A stretch of 63,748 bases of DNA, filler included, from Octopus bimaculoides (taxonomy: Eukaryota): assembly GCF_001194135.2 (NCBI RefSeq). It is 11 parts of 11 records of this genome, joined end to end, with 100 filler letters (N's around TTAATTAATTAA, not from the genome) between each part and the next. Parts side by side here need not be neighbours in the genome. Positions count along the whole stretch, not along the records: positions 1 to 25,557 come from NC_068981.1; 10 more parts are not named here. One strand, 5' to 3'. The translations under genes were made by a program, and so were the position numbers. This document shows, piece by piece, positions 1-12,665 of this stretch; position 1 is the first letter of the stretch; the number at the start of each line of letters is the position of its first letter. The notes under the pieces were generated by a model, which was not told the DNA's origin, ran no database searches, and saw nothing but the letters and a program-made list of their open reading frames with translations.

Positions 1-44
<44 letters not shown>

Positions 45-482
45 TATAGGTATGTATGTATGTATGTTTGTATGTGTGTATTTTTCTGTATGTACACGAA
101 TTTCTTTTGTATTTAGCAATGTACGAGATAATTATTTGCTATTGGTACTCACACGTCGATACAGGATAAAAAAATATATATTCTCAATTATTTCACTGTA
201 CAATAGGAACATCATTAGTTTCGCTTAAATAACTAACCTACATATGTAGAATAGTATTGTCTCCTTTACACTATAGCTGAGTCTTGATATTTTCTCCGAA
301 AACTTATATAGATTTTCTTTAACGTTACTCGTTATCGAAAGAATCGAGTAAAATATTTCATTTATATTGTGTTACAGCAACATCTCGATATTTTTTTTAT
401 GTTATTAAACTTACTAAATAATATTCAACTGTTCTTTTGCAACTGTAGGAGGTGTTCAATGTAAATTCATGATAAATATTAC

Positions 483-726
483 TCTTTTACTCTTTTATTC
501 TTTTACTTGTTTCAGTCAGTTGACTGTGGTCATGCTGGAGCACCGCCTTTAGTCGAGCAAATCGACCCCAGGACTTATTCTTTGTAAGCTTAGTACTTAT
601 TATATCGGTCTCTTTTGCCGAACCGCTATATGACGGGGACGTAAACACACCATCATCGGCTGTCATGCGATGTTGGGGGGACAAATACAGACACACAAAC
701 ATATATATATATATATNNNNNNNNNN

Positions 727-772
<46 letters not shown>

Positions 773-934
773 GGACGGTCTAGTTTCAGTTTCCGTCTAC
801 CAAATCCACTCACAAGGCTTTGGTTGGCTCGAGGCTATAATAGAAGACACTTACTCAAGGTGCTACGCAGTGGGACTGAACACGGAACCATGTGGTTGCT
901 AATCATGCTACTTACCACATAGCTACTCCTGCAC
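483..934 (-). mobile_element. tRNA-derived composite SINE (family A: tRNA head, CORE-like segment, internal microsatellite, 3' module)
   Basis: Reverse complement shows a Pol III A/B-box-like head, a CORE-like CCTTGAGTAAGTGTCTTCTA segment, an internal (TA)n, and the tail CCAGCATGACCACAGTCAACTGACTGAAACAAGTAAAAGA. Homologous to 58185-58520 and more than 10 other copies in the window. Confidence 0.85.
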
Positions 935-1059
935 CTATATTGTTGAAAATCGTACAGAAGCAAGTGTATGTCATTTAAATTTACTTGTATTAAATTATGT
1001 TTAATTTTACTATGATGGCCGTATATATTACATAATAGTTTCAAACCTTGAGACACCCA

Positions 1060-1388
1060 TCGTTCATGACTGACCATGGGATTGCACCTAGAAAGTTACC
1101 CTCCAAGGAACAAGTCCGCGCAAGGTTGTTTATGGAAGACCAGCAGTCGCCCATGCATACCAGCCTCCCCTCTCCACACCACTGATGTCATCCAAGTGAA
1201 AGGCCAAAACGGCCGATACAGCTTGGCACCTGTGACGTCGGAACTCATTTCTACAGCTGAGTGAACTGGACCAACGTGAAATAAAGTGTCTTGCTCAAGA
1301 ACACAACACGCAGCCCGGTCCGGGATTCGAACTCACAACCTCGTGATCGTAAGCTCGACGCTCTAACCACTAAGCCATGCGCGTTCAC
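1060..1388 (-). mobile_element. tRNA-derived SINE (family C, tRNA-Arg-like head)
   Basis: Reverse complement begins TGGCTTAGTGGTTAGAGCG (A box) ... GAGTTCGAATCCC (B box), followed by CTTGAGCAAGACACTTTATTTCAC. Related copy at about 29170-29440. Confidence 0.8.
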
Positions 1389-2080
1389 TTTCAAAACCTA
1401 TTTGAAGCAATACTATATGAGCCATACTTTAATTATTCTAACGAGATGATAACGAAAGCAAGCTAGAAATTTTTTTACTTCGGTGCAAATCTAGCATTTA
1501 CCAATGAAGCTATTTTTTCTTTTCTTGTTTTACATGATTTAGTAAGCACTAAATATATAGTATCTCTTGAGTACAGCACTTAGAGGTTTTGTAGAAAGCA
1601 TTATAGCACGAGCTTTTATGCAAGACATGGCGGTTATTATATGAGCTATATCAAGAACACTCTTAGGTCAGGAGGAAGTCGTATTGCAAATAATAACTGC
1701 TGATATCATTTGAAATAAACCGAGGTATATTGCACAAAACAATCTCAGCAAATAGACTTTAAAATGTTCACTTATTATAAAACATAGAATGACTGAACAT
1801 TTCTACAATATAGATATACTGAAATGAATAAATTGATTTCGGTCACACTATTTCATATCTATAGCATGAACATTCAACTTCATTTTTGTTCACGACTGAT
1901 CATTTCTGCTCTTTTAAATGAGATTAGTGACTGAAAATGAGAAATGTGTTTTACTACTACCATTGATGAAGAGGCAGAATACAACCATTTTCCTTCAGTT
2001 TATAATCTTCGCCATGATAGATCGCTAACCACTACACATATTTTTCTCTCTTCTTGTTTCTCTCCTTCTTACTTTCTGTG

Positions 2081-2121
2081 ATATTTTCTGCTGAAGAGAG
2101 TAGGCTCGAAACGTTAAAGAC
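2081..2121 (+). ncRNA. possible degenerate minimal hammerhead ribozyme motif
   Basis: CTGAAGA (2091-2097), GAG/CTC stem with TAGG loop, GAAA (2108-2111), CG, TT. Helix I pairing is weak. Confidence 0.35.
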
Positions 2122-2473
2122 TTTTTCAATTCCCGAGCGTTATACTAATGCATCTGTTTGCTGTCTGCACCACCTGTCTTCGTCTGTTGTCTTTTGTTTT
2201 GTGAATTCTCCTTATATANNNNNNNNNNNNNNNNNNNNNNNNNNNNNNNNNNNNNNNNNNNNNNNNNNNNNNNNNNNNNNNNNNNNNNNNNNNNNNNNNN
2301 NNNNNNNNNNNNNNNNNNNNNNNNNNNNNNNNNNNNNNNNNNNNNNNNNNNNNNNNNNNNNNNNNNNNNNNNNNNNNNNNNNNNNNNNNNNNNNNNNNNN
2401 NNNNNNNNNNNNNNNNNNNNNNNNNNNNNNNNNATGTATATGTATATATATATATGTATATATGTATATATAT

Positions 2474-2506
<33 letters not shown>

Positions 2507-2513
<7 letters not shown>

Positions 2514-3775
2514 AAATTACCGGGAAAAGGATGCGTAGCATTCGATCATATAATGATATAAATAATATATAAATATATGCATATATACATACATATATGT
2601 ACATTCTTACATATATATGTATATATATGCATATATTACTACAGGGCATCACAGAACGTAGACACAACGAGGAAACAAAAACATAAAAACAAAAACATAG
2701 AAAACGAATTTTTTTTTGAACAACGAAAAAATATAAAAAAACAGAGAAACAGGACATGCAACATAAAGAATATTCCCCTTCATCAGTTGTTCTTGTTTCA
2801 TCTACTCAGCGTTTCGAAGGTAAGGACGAGACGCGACTTCGTTAAAACAATCCTTCCTGCAAGCATTTTTTGCGGAAGGTGAAAGTGGTAACAAAAACAG
2901 GACATTGAGAGCAAGACAGTAAAAAGAAACGGTGAGGGCTGTTATGCCAAGATGATGTGAAACTTAGTATCAACGCTAGAAAGACGAGCTATGAGAAGAG
3001 ACAGTTAAAAGCACGTCTTGCTTTTTACGAAGGAAGTGGGAGATGTACAGATACGTATGTATATATGCATATATTTATATTATTATGTGATCGAAAGCCA
3101 CGCATCCTTTTCCAAGTAAGTTTTATCTTAATAATTACGATGCGCACTTTTCTATCTCTTCCATTCTTCTTCTATCTCTTCTACCTCTTCTCTGTGTATC
3201 TATCTCCCTCGCTTCTTCTTCCTTCCTGTTTTTTTTCTCCCACCCTTTCCCTATTCTCCGCCTCTCCCTCTCACCGTTCTGTCTCTCTTTCACTCTTCCT
3301 CCTTGACTCTCGTTGCTGACACATGACGAAAGTCCATCTTTCTTCCACTTCCTTCGTAATGACGAGACTTGTTTTTACTTGTCTCTTCTCATAGCTCGTA
3401 TTTCTAGCGATCATATTAGTTTTTCACATCATCTTGGCTTAACAGCACTTACCACTTGTTTTTACTGTCTTGTTCTCACTGTCCTGCTTTTGTTGCCACT
3501 TTCACCCTACGCAAAAAATCCGCATTTTTTTTTTCTTAATTTGCCTTGCGGAAATTAACGAAGTCGCGTCTTGTTCTTACCTTCGAAACGCGGAGTAGAT
3601 GAAACAGAGTCAACTGATGAAGGTGAAAGTTCTTTATGTTGCATGTCTCGCTTCTCTGTTTGTTTGTAGTCTTCCGTTGTTCGAAAAACAGTTCGTTTAC
3701 AATGTTTTTGTTTTATGTTTTCGTTTTCTCATTGCCTATGTTTTTTGATGTCCTGTGCAAGTATATGTACATATA
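2507..3775. repeat. two inverted, circularly permuted copies of one repeat unit (Penelope-like terminal repeat?)
   Basis: About 2625-3045 is the reverse complement of about 3333-3775. About 2507-2590 is the reverse complement of about 3058-3128. Confidence 0.75.
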
Positions 3776-3828
3776 TATCTAGGTATGTACATATATGTAT
3801 GTATAAATGCATATATTTATATATTATT

Positions 3829-3887
<59 letters not shown>

Positions 3888-3911
3888 CATACATATATAT
3901 CTGTGGGTGTA

Positions 3912-4118
3912 TTTGTGTGTCTGTGTCTGCCCCCACCATCGATAGATAACCGATGTTTGTGTGTTATCCTTCTGTAACTTGGCAGTTCAGCAAAAGAGAC
4001 GATATAATAAATGCTAGGCTTAGTAAAATAAGTCTAGGGGTCGAGTTGTTCAACTAAAGGCGGTGCTCCAGCATGGCAGCAGTCAAATGACTGAAGGAAG
4101 AAAAAGGATAAAAGAATA
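3912..4118 (+). mobile_element. SINE family A, 3' half
   Basis: Contains CTAAAGGCGGTGCTCCAGCATGGCAGCAGTCAAATGACTGAA, matching the family A tail. Confidence 0.8.
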
Positions 4119-7100
4119 TATACGTACACGTATGCACACACGCACACATATACATAGTATATATATGTGTGTGTGTTTACGTATGTCTGTGTATATTATA
4201 CACACATTCATCCATATATATATGTGTGCGTGTGTGTGTGTATTTATATAGATATATGTATATATACATACACACACATATATTGGAACAAGGCAGCATG
4301 ATTGTCACATAGTCTAAAGAAACAAATTTTCGAGTTCACCATTTTTTGTTTAGTGTTTTAGTTTTATATTTTCTTGTTCCCAACATATTTTCATATTATA
4401 TCGCATTCGGTTTTTTCTCCTGTGTACTAATCTTATTTTGTTTTATTGTCTACACGTTTCTCTTATTCCTTTCTCCATTGAACCACAAAAAAGAAATGGA
4501 CCAAATGGACACAATAAACCAGTTACATATTCGTACACTACATTGGGACTCATAAAGACACAGAAACACACAAACAAGGGCAGACTTCAAGGCACAACAA
4601 TAGATTCCATCCTGTTATTTCTGTCTATCTTTTTCTCTAGGGAAGAGACCATTGACAAGCTATTTATACATCAATATTGATTCCCTTTCAACGAAACATT
4701 TCCCATTTACGTATCCGTTAAAACGTTCAAAGAATCCACATCACCAGAGCTCTAGCCTGCAAAAAAGAAAAAAAGAACGCATAAATAAATAAACGTAGAC
4801 AAAACTCACTTTTCGAATCGAATCAGATCTTTACTCTGCCAAATAGCCTCTCCTTATGGTAGTGCATTAAATAAAATAAATAACATTTTTGTCTTAAAAA
4901 CGTACACTAAATTAAATATATTTTGGAAGAGCTTGTTTACTGTCTGAAGAAATCGGCAGCCTAAAGGCGTTATTATCATAAATGATTGCACAAATATGAA
5001 ATGCTTGTAAGAAAGGTATGGAGTATATATTGCCTGCTTAACAGTAAATAACGTAATTTATGAGACACATAATTATATTTTTTATTCATTATAGGTTTTT
5101 GCCATATACTACCATTAACTCTATATTGAGTCTAACAAAAGTGTTTCTACAATTAGCTATAAAAGTCTACATATCTGCGAGTAAAATGTAGTATTTATTA
5201 AAGTGTTTAAAGTATAAAACATAAAAAAAGTGTTGCTGATTCAACATATGATATAAAAATCAATGTGTTTGGCAAATGATATTTAAAGCATATGATATTA
5301 AAATCAAAATGTTTGGTATATGAAGCTTTATATTTAAAACCTATATTTACTATCGTACACAAAGATGGATTTTTTAGAATGCGGTAATCATTACATGACG
5401 TATTCCTATTTATTTATATACTCTCAAAATGAATTTGAAATTTGAGCATTTCATACTGACGATTCCGATTATACCCCTCTGTTTGAAATAACTATACTAT
5501 ATTTCAAGTCATATCACCATGTACATCACAAGTAAAACATATCTCATAGATTAATTGTCTATCAACTGTTCACATAGTAACCAGTTACTTTGTTTGCAGG
5601 GAATAGAATTTCTGTTCAATGAGGCTTTTGTCATAGCGTCAATATTTCCAATATATTTTTACATGTTCATTAATTTCACTCATCAGATTAAGGTCATGCT
5701 GGACCACAGCTCTCAAGTGTTTATTAGTTGAGGAAGGGCATCGACGAGACACTCATTTATGTCTAAAAAAAAATGAATAAAACATAGTTCAATATCAATA
5801 ATTGATATATATATATATATATATTCTCTCCCATACCTTCTATCAAATGGCATAGGAAAAAAACTACAAATTGTAATGCACGTGTCTGTGCCGGTGGGGA
5901 AGAAATAGCTGACTGAACAGACGCCAATATTAGGTTGGTATTACTTTTCTTAACATATATGGACCTCATATGGGCAGAATGCATAAGCAAACACTTCTTC
6001 AGGCAAATGAAAAATAAAAGTCGCACTCCTGCATTAACCAATAATGGTTTCATAAAATTCATACGGGCGTTTGTTTACTGCACCCGAAATGCCTTCCCGT
6101 CCAGTTAGCGTGTTTTCTACCCGTCTCCACTCTCCTATCTCATGAGATCAAATATGCTTGACTTATGGCTCCAAACTCTGGTCAGCGTTTCTTCCGATCC
6201 TTGCCAATACTAGTCCACGTTTGCGATTGTGGGATCTTAACCTACCCTACCATTTACCTATTCTAGCTTGCTCCTGTTTGTAATTTGTAGTTCTCATCTA
6301 TCAGTTCGAAGAACTGTTTCCTGTTCTATACTGCCCCTATGATGTGCATTTAAAGGTGGCATTTGTAGCGTGATTTCAAGTGTTACTGAATATTGTAGTA
6401 TGTTCAGCAGATGAAATAACACAGCCCAGTACCAAGTTCAAGTCCAGGTTCTTTACTTTCATTATTGCTGAGTTCTTTATATTGTTATACTTCACCTCAA
6501 ATATAATTGAAAATGTGTAAGTAAAGTATACACACCAATTTCGAAAATATTTGACTTAGTTCTTATATTTCAACTTTAAATTCACAATGATTTCACTTCC
6601 ATTTATATGGAAAAGAAATGCTATTCCACATGATTTCATATTAGTGAATCAGAATGAGTCACTCGTGAAAAACATTCAGCATTAATATGAATGCTTGTTT
6701 AGTTGCCGTGAATTATTAGCTTTGTTACAATGTTTCTACGTATGATATCTCATTTGGCCATACATTCGAAAAGAAATTTGAAGTAAATAGAATTTACAAA
6801 CAGAAATTCATGTTAAAATGTCTATGCTTTAATGAAAAGAAAGATATACTGTATCCATTTTTGTTGTTGTGAAGTAACACAAAGTAATGTATCCCTCTTA
6901 ACATTTTCATTGAACTATCGTCCGTAATGTGTTCATTGTTACTTAGATCAGTGTAAGTTTGAGAATAATAACAGTTGATAATAATAAAAAAGTATAGTCG
7001 TGGTAGTGTTATTTCGGACTGAGACAAAATCTAGTTGCAAAGCGCATTAAAACGAAAATATAGTGCCTTGTAAAACGGTGATGTACATCGTTTAATGTTT

Positions 7101-7288
7101 TCCTAGCTGCATTGTAGCTGAATAAAAATCGGAGATTGCCAAAAGATGTACGATTTTTATTTACTCAGTCAATGCGACCTGGATCTAAACAAAAAGAACA
7201 ATGCTATAAACATAAATCACCCTGAGAGAAATGCAGACCAGTCTGACTTATAGGTAAGATGGTTCGTTTGACTAATAGTATAAGCTAT

Positions 7289-7478
7289 GAGCTGGCAGAA
7301 TTGTTAATACACCGGCAAAATGCTTAGCGGCATTTCATTTGCCTGTACGTTGTGACTTCAAATTCCGCCAGAATCGACTTTGCCTTTCAACCTTTCAGGA
7401 TCGATGAAATAAGTACTAGTCTTACACCCTCCCCGAAATTGCTGACCTTGTGCCAACACGTGAAATCAGTATTAACAT
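7289..7478 (+). mobile_element. tRNA-derived SINE (family B)
   Basis: GAGCTGGCAGAATTGTTA ... TTCAAATTCCGCC ... GACTTTGCCTTTCAACCTTTCAGGATCGAT, homologous to 62701-62900. Confidence 0.8.
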
Positions 7479-8138
7479 TCACACATTTCAACACTAATGA
7501 ATGTAACATTGTTGGTCTCTTGGTTCTTTGTCTAACTTCACGATGTACTTCCCGCTTCAGTTCTCACTTTTGCAGAAAGGAATAAGATAACGGTTAATAA
7601 ATATCCGACTTGTGATGCAATACCAGCTGAATTAGAGGTTCAAAAATTCTCATTATTTATTTAGTTACTTATTGTTGTTAAATACAGATTATCATGTTAT
7701 TTAAACTGAAATCGAGAAAACATATATTTACTTCGAATTATATTCGTAATTGTGTAACAGTCACACTTGATTATGAAGGAGTTCACAGATTGTAATTCTC
7801 TGTGAAACCTTGAATGATGAATGTTGTCAACAATTCCAAAAATGTCTTCAATCATCCATATAACACACAATTATGAATGGTGCCAAATGCTCTTTCCAAT
7901 CATCGACAAACTCTGTCATTTCTACTTCCACTTCTGTATGTTGGTGACATGCAAAAGTGAAGATCATTTTCAAACACAACAACGTTTTTGAAATCATCAA
8001 ATACAGGCCTGTCATATTCAATAACAATATATGAAAACTTGATGATACAATTCACAGAGAATTAAAAGACACCAGACAATATTCGTAAATTCTAAATCTC
8101 ATAAATATGTTGAGTGTTTGTGTATGTATATGAAAAAC

Positions 8139-8223
<85 letters not shown>

Positions 8224-8371
8224 TACACGTAAACATATATATAAATATATATATACATATATGTACTTATAGTGAATGCATATGTAGTATATTTGCTTAG
8301 AAAGTTATATTTAGAATGTGTATCGTAACGTTTCTTAAGTCCTATTTTACCTTTAGCAAAACTGGTAACTC

Positions 8372-8580
8372 TTAGCACAAGGCCCGATTTTTTTATTTTT
8401 TTTGTAGGGTGGAGTCGATTAGATCGACCCCACTACACAACTGGTGCTTAATTTATCAACCCCGAAAGGATCAATGGTAAAATCGACCTCGGCGGAAATT
8501 GAACTCAGAACGTAAAGACATACTAAACACCGCTAAGCATTTCGCCCGGCGTGCTAACGTTTCTGCTAGTTGGCCGCCTT
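8372..8580 (-). mobile_element. SINE family B
   Basis: Reverse complement of GGCGGCCAACTAGCAGAAACGTTAGCACGCCGGGCGAAATGCTTAGCGG ... GAGTTCAATTTCCGCCGAGGTCGA. Confidence 0.85.
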
Positions 8581-8813
8581 CAAAAACTGGTAATATCACT
8601 GAATATATCTCACAACGTCATATTGTCTCACAACGTCATATTGTTTCACTATAAGATTTTCTACAGTCTTTTACAACTTTTGTGGAAATATAGTTATGTG
8701 AACAGTATATTTCTCATATGCACATTAGATATGATTCCACCAACTCAATTATACACACATACACACGCACATGTAATTATTTATAGGTAAATCCACTTAC
8801 ACGTATGTCACTA

Positions 8814-10097
8814 TACGAGGTCTGATCAATAAGAGTCGGGACTGGTGGTATAAAAATAAAACTAAAACACAACAATTCGGCATTTAATCTCCTTCAGACC
8901 CCTTCAGAAGGCACATACTTAATCCAGCGCTATTTCTGGAGCTCATTCTCTGGGATAATCTGCAGCTGCCACGTCGCATTCACTTTTATTTCCTCGGCAT
9001 CCTGAAATCTTCTTTCTAAGCAGGATTTGATTTTTGGGAAGAGGACATCTGAGTAATACTGTGGCTGTAGGACCCGGAGAATGCTGTGCCTTGCCAAACA
9101 CTGCTGGTGAATGGGCAGGTGCGTTGTTATGGTGCAATTGCCACTCATCGGACGTATGCAATTGTGGTCTTCTCCGACGAATAACATCCCACAAAACATC
9201 ACAGAAGTTTTCCTTCTTTAATGTCAGATCAGGTGGGACATACTCATGATGAAGAATCCCCTTGTAGTTGAAAAACAGAAAACACGGTAAACAGTGTCTT
9301 CACATTGGTTCGACACATTCGTGTTCTCTTCGGTCTCGGAGAGTTAGGGGTTGCGAAGACTTAGCCTCTGTTTCTGGGTCATTGACGTAGATCCACGATT
9401 CATCACTCATTATGCCCGTTTTCAAAACGCCCTCATCATTCTCGACACAATCAAGGATATGTTGCGCAACTGAAACCCGAGTATCTCTTTGGTTAGCTGA
9501 AAGCAGTTTTGGCACAAACTTGGCAGACACGCATCTTATGCCCAAATCTTCAATGATAATGGACTGAACTAGACCGTAGCTAATATGCACATCATTTGAG
9601 AACTCACGGATGGTGATTTGACGATTTCCTCTCACAGCCGCAAGCACATCTGCGATGTTTTTCTCACTTCTTTTAGTTGCAGGTCTCCCAGAACATTCGT
9701 CACTCTCGGCACTTTTCGGCCATCTTAGAAACATCTAAACCACTCGTCCTCATGTAGCACGACTAATACGCTAATACGCTCCTCTCCACACACTTTCTGA
9801 AACTTTGTCTATGCCTTTGAGCAGGTATAGGCAAGCTTTTCGCAAACTTTGATGCAGATTCCCTGCTCAAATTCCTCCATCATGGTCAATGCAACGATCA
9901 CACGCTACGCACCTTCATTCCAATCACTCCTGTAAATAGTGGAAGTGAGCTAGTACGTTAAAACTTAGTGAACATGCATAGCATAATTCACAGTTAATCT
10001 GTGCCAAGCAGCATCACTCTGCATGCTTTGAAATACAACGCTAAATGTAATTGACAGAACAATATACATGTTCAATCTCATGCGGACGTCTCGTGTA
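8814..10097 (-). mobile_element. decayed full-length mariner (Tc1/mariner) DNA transposon, about 1.28 kb
   Basis: Transposase pieces GRPATKRSEKNI, SAKFVPKLL (WVPHEL-like), MSDESWIYVNDPET (first catalytic D) and WQLHHNNAPAH (second D region), broken by frameshifts. TA+CGAGGTCTGATC end at 8814 and a degenerate CGGACGTCTCGTGTA counterpart at about 10083-10097. Confidence 0.9.
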
Positions 10098-10125
10098 TAG
10101 CTCTGCAAATTTCATAACCAAGACG

Positions 10126-10196
10126 ATTATACTGAAGAGTTGCAGACAATTACGTAAGTAATTACGTAAGTAGTGACAACGAAACCGGTCTATGAT
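10126..10196 (+). ncRNA. minimal type I hammerhead ribozyme motif
   Basis: Helix I ATTATA(10126-10131)/TATGAT(10191-10196); core CTGAAGA 10132-10138; helix II GTTG/CAAC; GAAA 10181-10184; palindromic helix III ACCGGT; GUC cleavage triplet at 10188-10190. Confidence 0.75.
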
Positions 10197-10475
10197 TAGC
10201 CATTATATTTTGTATCTCTTCATTTGCCTTGCTTCCTTACGTTCTGGTGTTTGCTGAATTTTTCTTGAGAACAATCTGTTCTTAGTGGTCAGAGCATAGG
10301 TGGTCTACTTCTTGGAAAAGGGATGTCCACTTAGTGGTCATCCCTCTTATATGTATGTAATATAATTTCTCTGAATCTTCAGATTTTTTCAGTTTGCTAA
10401 GGCCACTAGTTTTAAATTGATATTAAGCAAGTTAGTATTCAATTTTGTACCCTTATTATTTAAATTTATACGTAA

Positions 10476-10518
<43 letters not shown>

Positions 10519-11080
10519 ATATCTGGAGTGGGTGGGTGGTAAATAGCTTGTTTACCAATTANNNNNNNNNNNNNNNNNNNNNNNNNNNNNNNNNNNNNNN
10601 NNNNNNNNNNNNNNNNNNNNNNNNNNNNNNNNNNNNNNNNNNNNNNNNNNNNNNNNNNNNNNNNNNNNNNNNNNNNNNNNNNNNNNNNNNNNNNNNNNNN
10701 NNNNNNNNNNNNNNNNNNNNNNNNNNNNNNNNNNNNNNNNNNNNNNNNNNNNNNNNNNNNNNNNNNNNNNNNNNNNNNNNNNNNNNNNNNNNNNNNNNNN
10801 NNNNNNNNNNNNNNNNNNNNNNNNNNNNNNNNNNNNNNNNNNNNNNNNNNNNNNNNNNNNNNNNNNNNNNNNNNNNNNNNNNNNNNNNNNNNNNNNNNNN
10901 NNNNNNNNNNNNNNNNNNNNNNNNNNNNNNNNNNNNNNNNNNNNNNNNNNNNNNNNNNNNNNNNNNNNNNNNNNNNNNNNNNNNNNNNNNNNNNNNNNNN
11001 NNNNNNNNNNNNNNNNNNNNNNNNNNNNNNNNNNNNNNNNNNNNNNNNNNNNNNNNNNNNNNNNNNNNNNNNNNNNNNNN

Positions 11081-11113
<33 letters not shown>

Positions 11114-11819
11114 ATACCTTACATGCATACGCTTATTTTGTAGAAAACGTGTAAGCAGTGATCGTGTGTAGTGAGAAAAAACCCGGAACCACGTGATTTT
11201 TGACGAACGTCTTGACCATAAATATGGCAGTTCGCATTTTTATCATAACAGAGAGTAAGCACTGCAACAACTACAAGATCGATACCAGTATTTTATTGTT
11301 AGTACTTGCTATTTATTCTTAAGTATACTTACATTGGAAAACCGGAGCTATTACATGCAAATTTCGAAATACTGATTGATTTTAATGATACATTTTATGT
11401 TTTCGTGTGAGTATTTCTATATTTCAAAATACTATCTTCAATCTAGCGAGTTTCTCTCTACATTCAACTCACTGACAAAGAAATAACGAATGTTTGTATT
11501 ATTTATATAATATACATAGCTACAAAATTGAGAAATGAGGTGAAATAATTATAAATCATATATTTTCCCAGAAGAAAATCATTTTAGAAAAAAAACTCAT
11601 TTGTAATTTTTTTAAATTTCATTGTTCAATGTTTATATGAATTATTGCTGTTTGTGAAGCTATCGTTGGCTCGTTTATGTGTCAGATTTCTACAAATGGT
11701 GCAACATCATGCAAGTTCTGTGAGGAAAATGTTGATTCCAGTAGTTGACTGGTATTTCTTCAATCGATAACAAAAGCATTTTGAAAGCCTGTGTCAGCCT
11801 TACCATTGTATGGAATGCG

Positions 11820-12665
11820 TAGTAGCATTTCGTCCGTCTTTGCGTTCTACGTTCAAAAGCTCCTGGCGCCAACTCAACATTTCATCCATTCAGGGCTGAC
11901 TTGGATCTAAAAACGGGAACAATGCTGGAAATATGAGGAAAATTTAGACCAGTTTAACTGATAGGTAGGATAGTTCATTTGAATATTAGTATAGACTAAG
12001 GCGGTGAGCTGGCAGAATTGTTAGCACGCCGGGCAAAATGTTTAGCGGCATTTAATTCGCCTGTAAGTTCTGAGTTCAAATTACGCCGGTGTTGACTTTG
12101 CCTCTCATCCTTTCTGGGCCGATAATATAAGTTTTATTTAACAACCGATGGCACTCTAATCAACTTAAACCTGCCATGAAATGTTTGGCTCTGTGCCAAA
12201 ATTTGAAACTAACTTGGTACAAGTAAATAAGGAGGCAAGCTCGCAGAATCCTAGCGCAACGGGAAAATGCATAACGGCGTTTCTTCCGACTGAAAATTCT
12301 GATCTGAACTGCGACCGAGGTCGACTCTGTCTTTCGTCTTTCTGTGATCGATAGAATAAAGATCAGTTGATCATTGAAATCGGTACCGGTGCCTTAGCGC
12401 CTACCTCAAAATTGTTAGCCGTTTGCCAAAATGTGAAATCAATATGATACAAGTAAAGAGTGGTTTCAAATTTTGGCACACGGCCAGCAATATTGGGGAA
12501 CAGATAAATCGATTACATCGACCTCAGTACACGTACATTTTTCTCGACCCAGTAAGAATGAAAGTCAAAGAGGACAACGGCGGAATTTGAACTCAGAACG
12601 TAAAGACGGACGAAAAGCCGCTAAGCATTTTGTCAGTTGTGTTAACGATTCTGCCACCTCGCCGC
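11820..12665. mobile_element. cluster of SINE family B copies (about 11998-12215 +, 12228-12450 +, 12455-12665 -, plus a fragment at 11820-11890)
   Basis: Repeated GGCGGTGAGCTGGCAGAA heads, GAGTTCAAATT B boxes and GACTTTGCCTCTCATCCTTT cores. Confidence 0.8.

Noticed and set aside
1310-1388. tRNA-like sequences here and at 31985-32045 and 29170-29235
   Set aside because: The acceptor stems are not closed and the sequences continue into SINE bodies, so they are SINE heads rather than tRNA genes.
8609-8644. 18-bp tandem duplication CTCACAACGTCATATTGT
   Set aside because: An ordinary slippage duplication with only two units.
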